Assembly: GCF_009914755.1 (NCBI RefSeq)
Contig: NC_060942.1
From: the human T2T-CHM13v2.0 reference genome, Homo sapiens
Strand: one strand, 5' to 3'
DNA length: 64,000 bases
Positions 28,260 to 41,112 of this stretch are shown in pieces. Under the pieces are notes generated by a model, which was not told the DNA's origin, did no database searches, and saw only the letters and a list, made by a program, of their open reading frames with translations. A program made the position numbers and the translations under genes. Position 1 is the first letter of the stretch. Every line of letters begins with the position of its first letter.

Positions 28260-30600
28260 AAAGATGGTAGATTTAAACCCAATAATAGCAATAATCATTA
28301 AATATTAATGTCCTGAACATCCAATTAAAATGCAGAGATTGTTGGAGTGGATAGAAATGCAAGATTCAACTCTATATAAATTGTACAATATATCCAGTTT
28401 AAATATAAAAACACAAATAGGTGAAAAGTAGGAAAAACAAAAAATACTATGCCAACACTAAAGGAATATTGTAGTTACTATTTTGACATCAGAGAATGTA
28501 CGCTTTAGAATAAAGAATATATCAGAGTTAAAAAAGTAAATTTTATAAAAGGTCATAAAAATCCTAAGTGTTTATGTACCAAATAGCAGAGCTTTAAAAT
28601 ACATGAAGCGAAATCTCATAGAATGGCAAGGAGAACAGACAATCTACCAATAAAGTCAGAGATGTTATTATCTTCCTCTGAGTAACTGATAGGAGAAATA
28701 AAAAGATAATGAACAAGTACGTAACAGACTTGAATAATGCTATAAAATAATTTGTCCGGATGGATATTACAGAATACTTCATCCAACAAGAGCAGAATGC
28801 ACACCCATTTAGGTTCTCCAAAAAAAAAAAAAAAAAAAAAAAACTCATTTATTAAAATAGACCATATTTAGGACTATAAAATGAGTCCCAATAGAATTTC
28901 AAAAATTCAGATCATACTAAAGAAATTCTCTTATCATAAAATATAATTAAATTAGAAATCAACAACAGAAAATCTCAGGAAAATTTCCAAATACTTGAAA
29001 ATTCAATAACACTTTTGTTCATAATCTATGAGTCAAAGTAGAACTCAAAGGAAAGTTAGAAATGATTTTGAATGGAATAAAATTCATAACACAACCTATC
29101 AAAATTTGTGTATGCAGGTAAAGCTGCACTTAAGAAATTTACAGCACTAAGCACGTATTTTAAAACAGGAAAATGGCCCTAGTTTCTACGATATAAGCAA
29201 AAAAACTGAAGAGCCAATGAAATCAATTATACAATAGAAAAAAATTGATAAATATTAGAGTGAAATTTAATAAAATTGAAAACAAAACATACATACAAAT
29301 AAATTAAAGAAAACCAAAACCAGGTTCTTTGAGATCAATAATATTGATTTAGCCAGTCTGATCAAGAAACAAAGTAAAAATATAAATTATAAATACCAAG
29401 AATGAGAGAAATGATACCACCACATATTTTACAGACATTAAAAAGTATAATACAGGAGTATTATGAAAACATTTACTCAAATATATATATATATTAGTAA
29501 AATACATTTTTTAAAATGTACAAACCACCATCTCTCATTCTACAAGAAATTAAAACCTGAAAAGCTTTATATCTATAAGAAACATATAATTTGTTGTTAA
29601 TTTTTTTTTAAAAAAAAGCAACAATCTTGGTTCAAATGTTTTCACTGGTGACCTCTATATAAACAATGTATGTTCTATCCATATTTTCCCCCCAAAATTG
29701 AGAAGAAATAAATATTATATTACTAATACTATTACTAATGCAAAAATTATATGGGGATATTTCAAGAAAGAAAATGCATAGATCAATATTCCTCATGAAC
29801 ATAGATGTAAAAAGTCTTAGCAAAATTTTTGCTAATAAAATTCAACAATATATAAAAAAATATAATACATCGTGACAAAGTGGAATTTACACCAGAGATG
29901 CAAGTTTGGTTTATCGTTTCATAATAAATCAATGTAATTTACTACATTATCAAATTTAAAAACCATATGATCATCTCAACAAATGTGCAAATGCATTTTA
30001 CCAAAACAAAATTAAAATAAAGAAAAACCCCTCAAGACTTAAAGAAAAAGCAACAACACTTTTAGCAAACTAAGAATACAAGGAAAGCTTCTCAAGCTTG
30101 TAAAGGATGTCTGCCTAATTAGTACTTAATGAGAAAAAACTAACTGCGTTCCTTTTAAGATTAGCAATAAAGTAAGCATGTTTATTCTCCCTACTTGTTT
30201 TCCACATTGTACCAGAGCTTCTAGTTAGTACAATAACATAAGAAAAATACATAAAATACATTTATATAAAAAAAGACGTAAGCTTAGGTTTATTTTTTTT
30301 TAAATTTACTTTAAGTTCTAAGATACATGTACAGAACATGCAGTTGCGTTACATAAGTATACGTGTGCCATGGTGGTTTACTTGCAGACAAGATAATTGT
30401 TTTTGTGGAGAATCACATGGAATTTACTAAAGTGCTACTAGAACTAATGAGTGAATTTAGCAAGCTTGCAAGATACATGATAAATACGCAAAAAAAAAAA
30501 AAAGGAATTCATGTTAGGTACAAAGAATCAGACATTGAAATAAAACAAAATATCATACTTAATAATGAATTATTTACCTGAAAAAGGACTTGTATCCAGT
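28260..30600 (+). mobile_element. Old L1M ORF2 (endonuclease to RT) relic
   Basis: 'ccaattaaaatgcagagattg', 'ccaacaagagcagaatgcacac', 'gatcaatattcctcatgaacatagatg'; many stops. Confidence 0.75.
30293..30378 (-). mobile_element. Very short (~85 bp) L1PA 3' end inserted antisense into the L1M
   Basis: 'tttaagttctaagatacatgtacagaacatgcag...gtgtgccatggtggttt'; 'ggttta' flanks both sides. Confidence 0.8.
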
Positions 30601-30657
30601 GTATTAAAAAATTCTGCATCAAGAATATAAAAACTGAAAAAGAGAAAACAAAAAATT

Positions 30658-31682
30658 TTAATTAAACTAAAGAGCTTCCGCACAGCAAAAGAAACTATCA
30701 TCAGAGTGAACGGACAACTGATAGAACGAGAGAAAATTTTTGCAATCTATCCATCTGACAAAGGGCTAATATCCAGAATCTACAAAGAACTTAAACAAAT
30801 TTATAAGAAAAAAAAACAAACCCATCAAAAAATGGGCAAAGGATATGAACAGACACTTCTCAGAAGAAGACATTTATGCAGCCAAAAGACATATGAAAAA
30901 ATGCTCATCATCACTGGTCATTAGAGAAATGCAAATCAAAACCACAATGAAATACCATCTCACGCCAGTTAGAATGGCGATCATTAAAAAGTCAGCAAAC
31001 AACAGATGCTGGAGAGGTTGTGGAAAAATAGGAATGCTTTTACACTGTTGGTGGGAGTGTAAATTAGTTCAACCATTGTGGAAGACAGTGTGGCAATTTC
31101 TCAAGGATCTAGAACTAGAAATACCATTTGATCCAGCAATCCCATTACTGGGCATTTACCCAAAGGATTATAAATCATTCTATGCTAAAGACACATGTAC
31201 ATGTATGTTTATTGCAGCACTATTCACAATAGCAAAGACTTGAAACCAACCCAAATGTCCATCAATGATAGAGTGGTTTAAGAAAATATGGCACATATAC
31301 ACCATGGAATACTATGCAGCCATAAAAAAAGATGAGTTCTTGTCCTTTACAAGGACATGGATGAAGCTGGAAACCATCATTCTCAGCAAACTAACACAAG
31401 ATAAAAAATCCAAACATCGCATGTTCTCACTCATAAGTGGGAGTTGAACAATTAGAACACATGGACACAGGGAGAGGAACATCACACACTGGGACCTGTC
31501 GGGTGTTGGGGGGCAAGGGGAGAGATAACATTAGGAGAAATACCTAATGTAGATGACAGGTTGATGGGTGCAGCAAACCACCATGGCACGTATATACCTA
31601 TGTAACAAAACTGCATGTTCTGCACATGTAACCCAGAACTTAAAGTATAATAAAAAAATTAAAAAGAAAAAGAAATAAAAGA
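30658..31682 (+). mobile_element. 5'-truncated L1PA (about PA6-8)
   Basis: ORF2 C-terminal peptides ([11 protein letters not shown]...[26 protein letters not shown]); L1PA 3' UTR and A tail. Confidence 0.93.
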
Positions 31683-31779
31683 ATTAGTATATATAAGGAA
31701 GGACTTTGAACTGTGCCTGATGTATACAAAGCCCTTTGTAATTTAGTTGTTATTAAATAATAAATTCAAAGGTGTCAAA

Positions 31780-32150
31780 AAACTGTTTAAAACTCACACA
31801 TGAAAGAGACACATATAGCATATAAGCATATGAAGCAATGAATAATATCATCTGTCATTTGGGAAATGCAAAATTAAAACCACAATAAGATATCACTATA
31901 CGGCTGTTGGAACACCAAAAAAATAACCAAGACTAATGACTGTGACAGAAAGTAAACAGTAGTTGGCTGTGCAGAAGTGGGCAAGGAGGATTGGGAGGGA
32001 GAAACTACAAAGAACATGAGGAAACATCTGGGGGTGATGGACATCAGGAAACTTTAAGGGTATTGATATGTTTATTATCTTAATGATAGTGATAGTTTCA
32101 CAGATATGTATATATGTGTCAAAACTTATAAAATTGTACATTCTAAGTAC
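31780..32150 (+). mobile_element. Old L1M 3' fragments
   Basis: 'gggaaatgcaaaattaaaaccacaataagatatcac', 'tgtgtcaaaacttataaaattgtac'. Confidence 0.6.
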
Positions 32151-32943
32151 ATCCAGTATAAGTTCAGAGATAGTTTCCAGAATTAGATGGAGAGTTATAA
32201 AACATGAAGCCCTAGTATAGCACATTCATTAAAAATTTCATGAGAGACTAAGAAAACATTTTATTATCTTAGTAAGGACAATGAATTTCTTACCCAGAAA
32301 AATATCTGGATTTGGTGCATGTAGGTGTGTATACGTATGTATGTATATGTATATATTAATGTTAGGTAAAAACAAACATTGAAATTAAATATTTTACACA
32401 ATAGCAAATTACTTACCTAAAAATGTAGATGATATATACATACACACATATATATATCCATGTGACATAATGCTCTTATTTTTGAAATTGGTTTAGACAT
32501 AATATCCATTTCACAAGATTCTCGTGAAAATTAAACAAGTTAATGCATTTAAGATATTTATAATGTTAGCCAGCCCAAGGTAAGTAAGTCCTTGAATGCT
32601 AGACATTATTCTTGGTCAGAATTAGTTGCTTTATATATTCATAGTGATTTTCAAATATCTTCAATAAACATTTTAAAGAAATTTTTATCTTCCTCTCTCA
32701 ATCCAGAAATGCCCAGTTGGTTAATATTTGTCTTAATATCTGCCTCTCAAAATTATTACTTTAATATGCTAAGTGTAGCTAGGTAATCTGAAGATTATGT
32801 GTTTTACATTATCCATCAACAGTTAGTTTATTTTTATTGCTATATAATTCCTTTGAGATTATTCTCATCACTTTATTTCCTTTCCACTTACATAATTTTA
32901 AATTACAAACAATTTTTGGCATAAATGAAATTGACCTTATTAC

Positions 32944-33009
32944 CTCTCAAGGTAACAAATAATGATCTATCTGGATAAAGGTTACTTATCTTCATGGAGA
33001 TATCCGTAT
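32944..33009 (-). other. Candidate internal exon (66 nt)
   Basis: Minus strand: 'ttttccttctctcactccactgtaaacag|ATACGG...TTGAGAG|gtaata'. Confidence 0.3.
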
Positions 33010-33353
33010 CTGTTTACAGTGGAGTGAGAGAAGGAAAATTGATCCATAAAAATTAACTTAGGCTAGTTAAAAAATGCTGTTTTATTATTTTTATTTCTAA
33101 TTTGTCTCAAAATTTTTCATTGTCTCATGTTTGAAGAGCTCACCTATAAATAAAGCAAACTTTTCTTTACAATATATAATCAATCAGGAAGCAGGGGAAT
33201 AAACATGTATATCTGCAAGTCATCAGTTAAAATTTTAAATGTTTATGATGCCACGATGACAACCTCAGTGTCTGCGCAGAATCGTGATGAACATATTACC
33301 TAAAGAAGCAAACATATTTGTCTTATTCAGTGGGCATGGACTCCTCTCTCTCC

Positions 33354-33625
33354 ATAGATGATAGATAGATAGATGATAGATAGATAGATAGATATAAATA
33401 GATACATAACTGTATACACACATACTCATACCGAGCACACACACACAAATTAAATACATATTCATGTATAACCATATATAGACATAGTTATACACATTTT
33501 GTATATGTATGCAATATTTCACACTGCATTTAAGTACAAATTCTGATACATTAGTCTGTAGGTACATGGACACATTTGTATATACATGTATGTACTTATA
33601 TATACATGTATGTACTTACATATTA
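33354..33625 (+). repeat. Degenerate (GATA)n followed by TA/CA-rich low complexity
   Basis: Read directly; includes a 20-bp tandem duplication near 33579-33620. Confidence 0.85.
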
Positions 33626-34789
33626 AAAGTACATAATGTGCTTTTAATATTTTGTGTAACCTAACCTAGCAAGACATTCTCAATTTCTTGTGCACAGGAA
33701 TGTAAACTATATTTGAATGTTCTTTCACTCTGAGGGAAACTATAGAAGTTAGAATTGGTTAGGCAGGATGAAAGAATAAATATGAATTGTTACATGTGAA
33801 CTTGGTTAATGCAAATTTTGCAAGCTGTAGATAAATTTCGTAGACCTAATGATTTTTGAAAACGATTTCCATAGCTGTTTATGTCTCACGTGGAAATCTA
33901 AATGGGATCTTACAGGAACTGGTTTAAAGAATTTAGCTCTTGTCAAATATTGCTGGTCTCTGCTTTTTAATATTTCTTTCCTCAGAGTTCTCCTGCCTTT
34001 AATACATGCTTAGACTTAGTAGGCCAGAGGTAGAACTCTCTAGGTAATATTTTCCCCTTCTATTGTGCAAAGGAATTGTTCTTTAATGCTTACATGGTTA
34101 TCTAAGTTTTACCATAGAATGCTGTGCGCTGCAGTTTTGCTTTGAAATGAATGATCTTCGTTTTTGCTTCAAGGTAAACAATTTTCTGCAGTGTTTTGTT
34201 GCACATTGTTAGGGGTCATTCTATTGCTTAGTTGTAGAAGGGGATTTAAAAAAAAAATCACTGCTGTGAACAGTTAACTGTTTGATCATCAATGCTTCCT
34301 TTATTTTTTTTCTTCATATTCTTCCTTTTGTATTGGGTTTAAGTCCCTGTCTGTCCTCTATGACACATCAGGATATGACTAGCTGGTACCATTCACAGTG
34401 GAGGCAATTTAATCTTTGTTCAAAAGTACTCTGTTTCTCAGAAGTCATATAGACATCTTAGAAAGAATGGCTGATTAAATTGTTTTTGGCAGCAGTTAAA
34501 CTTATCTGACCACATACTCTCTTTGTGTAGGATTTAGAACATTTTCCCCTTTTCATTTTGGAGGATATAATCAGGCTTAATTTCTCCCTGTATCTTCTGC
34601 AGATTTTGCTCTTTAAACGTTTTCTGTAGAAAGAGTGATTCTCAGTTGTTCTGGTTTATCTTCCAGCATAAAAACTTATTATTGTTCAGCAATGTAAGCA
34701 GCAGAGGTAATACCCCATTTTTAAACTTCCAGTTGGAGCTCTATTTTCTAGACAGTGAATAAAAGACTATTTTATAAATAGCGTCTCAC

Positions 34790-34936
34790 CTCATTGTTTG
34801 TATCATTTCTTCTATTAAACTAGGTTCTGTGTACATATGAAAGCTGGGCGAAAGATTTGGCAAAAGATTGGTATGAACCAGCTGAAAAATGATGTACTCC
34901 CCTGCTGAGAGTCTAGTCTAATTTCCTTCACTTTTC
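34790..34936 (-). other. Candidate internal exon (147 nt)
   Basis: Minus strand: 'tcatttttctctcaagttacag|GAAAAG...AATGAG|gtgaga'; stops in all frames. Confidence 0.3.
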
Positions 34937-35746
34937 CTGTAACTTGAGAGAAAAATGACAATTGATGTTCTTTGGGAATTGGTTTAAAGATGATGAAGGA
35001 CATTTCTGTGATAATGGGTGTTGTCCAAATAAAAGGCAGGGACAGACCTAGAGGCATACAAAATAGTGTGTTAGTTGGGGCAATGAAGGGTCAAAACAAG
35101 AAGAAAAGTAAAACTTTTCATTATTATAAATTTTATAAAATTTTCATTAGTATAAATATTATAAAAATAGTGTATTGGCGTTCATCCATGTACATCGATA
35201 ATTTGGCAGAGATAATCCTGACCCAATTAAGTATTAACATCTTGTACTATAGTTTTTGGGGATAATTTCATAGAACACATAAATTAGTTTTCTATATGTG
35301 TCTTTAGAGATTGCTTAACAAAATGTAATGGTATTTTAAAAATATATATGCAAAGCTTGAGCATTGAAGGTGAATTGCTGATATTTAAAAACCAAAAGTA
35401 AAAATAGGAATTCTGCAAAGCATATTATTTGAAAATGGAGAAAATTTAAAATAGTTTTATATTTAAATTATTATGAGTAATAAAAGGAATAAAACTTTAC
35501 AGAAAAATAAGAAAATAATGAATCTTTAGTTAAAAACTCTTGAATTTTCCTGTTTGATGGTGCTAGAATGATTTAAAACAGCACTTCATGATAAAATTTA
35601 GGAATAGAGACCATGGAAAGGGGACATTGAAGATAATATGTTTAATAATTTATAATTATTAAACATATAAGCTTAAAAATATAAATGATAAGCTGATCAT
35701 TTAAATGAATTTAAACATTTGTAATAAGAATATTTTACCAAATATG

Positions 35747-37126
35747 ACCAAAACAGAGATAGAGACCATGGAACAAAACAGAGCCCTCAGAAATAATACC
35801 ACACATCTACAACCATATGATCTTTGACAATCTTGACAAAAACAAGAAATGGGGAAAGGATTCGAATCTATTTAATAAATGGTGCTGGGAAAACTGGCTA
35901 GCCATATGTAGAAAGCTGAAACTGGATCCCTTCCTTACACCTTATACAAAAATTAATTCAAGATGGATTAAAGACTTAAATGTTAGACCTAAAACCATAA
36001 AAACTCTAGAAGAAAACCTAGGCAATACCATTCAGGACATAGGCATGGGCAAGGATTTCATGTCTAAAACACCAAAAGCAACATCAACAAAAGCCAAAAT
36101 TGACAAATGGGATCTAATTAAACTAAAGAGCTTCTGCACAGCAAAAGAAACTACCATCAGAGTGAACAGGCAACCTACAGAATGGGAGAAAATGTTTGCA
36201 ATCTACTTATCTGACAAAGGGCTAATATCCAGAATCTACAGTGAACTCAAACAAATTTACAAGAAAAAAACAAACAACCCCATCAAAAAGTGGGCAAAGG
36301 ATATGAACAGACACTTCTCAAAAGAAGACATTTATGCAGCCAACAGACACATGAAAAAATGCTCATAACCACTGGCCATCAAAGAAATGCAAGTCAAAAC
36401 CAGAATGAGATACCATCTCACACAGTTAGAATGGCGATCATTAAAAAGTCAGGAAACAACAGGTGCTGGAGAGGATGTGGAGAAATAGGAACACTTTTAC
36501 ACTGTTGGTGGGACTGTAAACTGGTTCAACCATTGTGGAAGACAGTGTGGTGATTCCTCAAGGATCTAGAACTAGAAACACCATTTGACCCAGCCATCCC
36601 GTTACTGGGTATATACCCAAAGGATTATAAATCATGTTGCTATAAAGGCACATGCACACGTATGTTTATTGCGGCAGTATTCACAATAGCAAAGACTTGG
36701 AACCAACCCAAATGTCCATCAATGATAGACTGGATTAAGAAAATGTGGCACATATACACCATGGAATACTATGCAGCCATAAAAAAGGATGAGTTCATGT
36801 CCTTTGTAGGGACATGGATGAAGCTGGAAACCATCATTCTCAGCAAACGATCGCAAGAACAAAAAACCAAACACCGCATGTTCTCACTCATAGGTGGGAA
36901 TTGAATAATGAGAACACTTGGACACAGGAAGGGGAACATCACACACCGGGGCCTGTGGTGGGGTGGGGGGCTGGGGGAGGGAAAGCATTAGGAGATATAC
37001 CTAACGTAAATGATGAGTTAATGGGTGCAGCACACCAACATGGCACATGTATACATATGTAACAAACCTGCAGGTTGTGCACAGGTACCCTAGAACTTAA
37101 AGTATAATTTTAAAAATAAATAAAAA
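35747..37126 (+). mobile_element. 5'-truncated young L1PA (about PA4-5) with 21-bp TSD
   Basis: Near-consensus ORF2 C-terminus (183-aa ORF) and 3' UTR; TSD aagaatattttaccaaatatg (35726-35746) / aagaatatgttaccaaatatg (37127-37147). Confidence 0.95.
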
Positions 37127-38055
37127 AAGAATATGTTACCAAATATGTATAGGAATATTACTCTATTCTGTTCTTAACAATTAGTATGCTTAATGTTCTC
37201 TGTTCAATATGCTTAACTAGAAAATGACTATAGCACTTTCATGTATAAAACAGCCATCTTTAAATACACATTTGATTCAGTATCACCATGCTGATTTTTG
37301 CCAAAGACAATTTTTTTCATGATGACCAAATAAACTCTGGTTGTAGTCAAAGCATTTTCATTTGCTTTGCCTTGTAGCCAAAGTACTTTCATTTGCTTTG
37401 CCTTATGCAGATGTCAATAATATTCTTTTATATAAATGCTTTCTATCAAATGGCAATTTTGTTTTTCTTTTGTGAAAATTGCTTTGAAACAAAAATGAAA
37501 TAGATTTTGGTTCTTTAAAACATGTGAGAAAATTGTTGCTTCACTTCTTCCATTTAGTATTCCCCATTAGTATTTTTTTCTTTTTCTTTTCTGTTTTTTT
37601 TTTGGGGGAGGATGGGAGTGTTAACTATGTTTTTGCACATGGTCTTTTTAGGGCATAATTATAAAACCAGCTGTCTCCCATGTCTGTCCATCGGTGGGTT
37701 ACTATGTGTTTTAATCATGTATACTCATGGAGCATCAGCCATTTTTATTCAATTAGCTGTTAGTTACGTGCTTTTGCAAACTGTAAAAATGCTCTCACCT
37801 TTATTAACGATAACTAAAAATTAGCTAACACTAAAAACTAACACTAAGCTAATAGGAAGCTTCATTAAATAGCAACATCCTTCTTTCATACAGCAATACT
37901 CAGAAAAAAAAGTAATGTTTTTCATCTGTAATATTAGTAAATAAAACAGAACTAATATATAGACTTGCTTTAATAAACTAAAAAATAAAAAAACAGTGTT
38001 TTAAACCCTAAAGGAGAAAGAGAAGAACCATGTATCTTCGCATTTTTAATCTTAC

Positions 38056-38118
38056 CTGATTCCTCTACCAAATAGCAAGTGGTTGCTTAGGATCTGTCAT
38101 TTTATATTGATAACTCTT
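38056..38118 (-). other. Candidate internal exon (63 nt)
   Basis: Minus strand: 'gtaactaaactttcag|AAGAGT...AATCAG|gtaaga'; stops in all frames. Confidence 0.25.
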
Positions 38119-38530
38119 CTGAAAGTTTAGTTACAAACTTAAGAGAGATATAAAAGAATACTGGGGCTGTGATCAACTCCTCTCCAGCAAAGTATAAATA
38201 ATACATAATCAATTACATGAAGTATAAATAGTACACAATCAATTACACATTTTCATGAATGGTGATCATTGAAAGAATGTGTTGTAAAGAATTACTCATT
38301 GTAACCAAATTAAGAAAGTTTCTTACCATTAATGATAGGAATTTAGCTTATTAAAGAGTAAACTAAAATACTTCTAATAATACTCATATTAAAAAATTTT
38401 TAGAAAATCTATAAAATTGTATTTGTACTAATCTTGAATTGTATGATAAATACTTTTTATTTAAAACTGAGTCTTTATTTTAGGGAAATCAAATCATTTT
38501 CATTTATAATCCAAATTCTTTAAAGGCTGC

Positions 38531-38830
<300 letters not shown>

Positions 38831-39555
38831 ACAATCATCCTTCTTATTGCCTTTATATAAACACAATTACCCCTCATCTTAACCACTGGCAATCACTAAC
38901 TTGTTCACTTCTATAAATTTGCCATTTCAGCATTGTTATATAAATGAAATCTTACAATGTGAGATGCCTTCTGGGATGAATTTTTTTTCTCTTAGGATAA
39001 TTATCTGGAGAGATATACAGGCTGTTGCATGAAAATAAGTTTCCATTCTTCTGGGAGAGATGCCCAAGTATGCAATTGCTGGGTCATATGACAATTGTAT
39101 GCTTAACTTTTAAGTAACTGACAAACGCTTTCACAGTGGATGTACCATCTTACTTTTGAATGTTCTCTAAGTATTCTTGACACTATTCCCGTGTTGGATA
39201 AATGGTTTGCAAACATTTTATCCTTCTCTGTGACTTGTCTTTCTGTCCTCCTTACAGGGTCTTTTGAGGAGCAAAGGATTTTAATACTGACAAAGTCCAA
39301 CTTACCAGTTTTTTTCTTTTATGCTTCAAGTGTAAGAACTCAATCTAATCCTAGATCTTAACAAATTTCCCCTACTTCCCTCTCTGTGTTTCATTTAAGT
39401 CCATTTGAGTTGATTTTGTGTGAAGTTTGAGATTTCCATCTAGTCTTTTTTTTTCCCTAAAGAAGTCCAAATGTTTGAGCACCATTTGTTGGAGAGGTTA
39501 TTCTCCCCTCATTGAATTGATTTTACACTTTCATCAAAAATCAATTGGGCAAAGT

Positions 39556-40018
39556 TCCACTTAAACGGAGATTTTTTTTCAATGAAAGCTACACCAAATG
39601 TCACTGCTTCTACTGCCTCCCCTTCCACCTCTACCACTTCCACTTCTGCCACTCCTGAGACAGCAAGACAAACTCTTTCTTCCCTTCCTCAGCCTACTCA
39701 ATACAAAGGCAACAAAGGAAAAAACCCTTGTGGTGATCCATTTCCACTTCATGAATAGTAAAGATATCTTTTCTTCCTAGTGGTTTTCTTAATAACATTT
39801 TATTTTCTCTAGCTTACATTATTGTAAGATTACAGCATATAAAACATATAACAAAAATGTGTTAATACACAATTTATGTTTTTGCTAAGGCTTCCGGCCA
39901 AAATTAGGCTATCAATAGTTAAATTTTTGGAAAGTCAAAAGTTACACAAATTTTTGACTATACAGTGTGGGGGGGGGTTGCCACCACTAACCTCCTGCAC
40001 ATGTTCAAGGGCCAACTG
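39556..40018. mobile_element. Tigger2-family DNA transposon; left TIR missing
   Basis: 'ctgagacagcaagac...cctcagcctactcaa', ends 'tgttcaagggccaactg' followed by TA. Confidence 0.8.
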
Positions 40019-40756
40019 TATAGTTTAGAACAATAATGTCCATATTAACAAAACATTTTGCTAATATTTTGATAGAAGTTTTGTAAAACACATGTATTTG
40101 TGGAGAACGGACAACTTCGTTAAATTTCCAATCCTTGAAAACAGCATGTCTATTTATTTAAATTTTCATTGATTTGTTTCATCAATGTTTTCTAGTTTTA
40201 ACATACAAGTCCTATACATTTTTTTTAGATTTATACTTTTACTTTGAAGGTTGATAAGTGGCATTGTACCTTTAATTTTGGTGTTTCCATGTCCATTGCT
40301 GGTATACAGAAACATAACTGATTTTATGTGTTGATGTTGCATCCTCTAACATTGTTGATCTCAGTTATTAGTTCCCAAAACTTTGTTCTTAGATTTCTTA
40401 GAAATTTTTGCATAGACAATCATGTCATCTGTAAATAGAGACAATGTTTTTCAGATTCATATGCCTTTTATTTTCTTTTCTTGCCTCATTATAAAAACTT
40501 TCAGTACTATATCAAATAAAATTAGTGACAGTGGATATCCTTGCTATATTTTTATTCTTGGGGCAAAAGCATTGATTTTTTTCCTCCTTAAATCTCAATG
40601 GTATTCTTCAGTAGACTATATGAGCTTGGAGATATCTTTTTTTAAGGTTTGAAATTGTTAATAATTTTTCTTTAATAGTTACAGATGTATTCAAATTATC
40701 TATTTCATGTTGGATAAGTTTGGCTCTTTGCAATTTTAAGAAATTAATCCAGTTAA

Positions 40757-41112
<356 letters not shown>

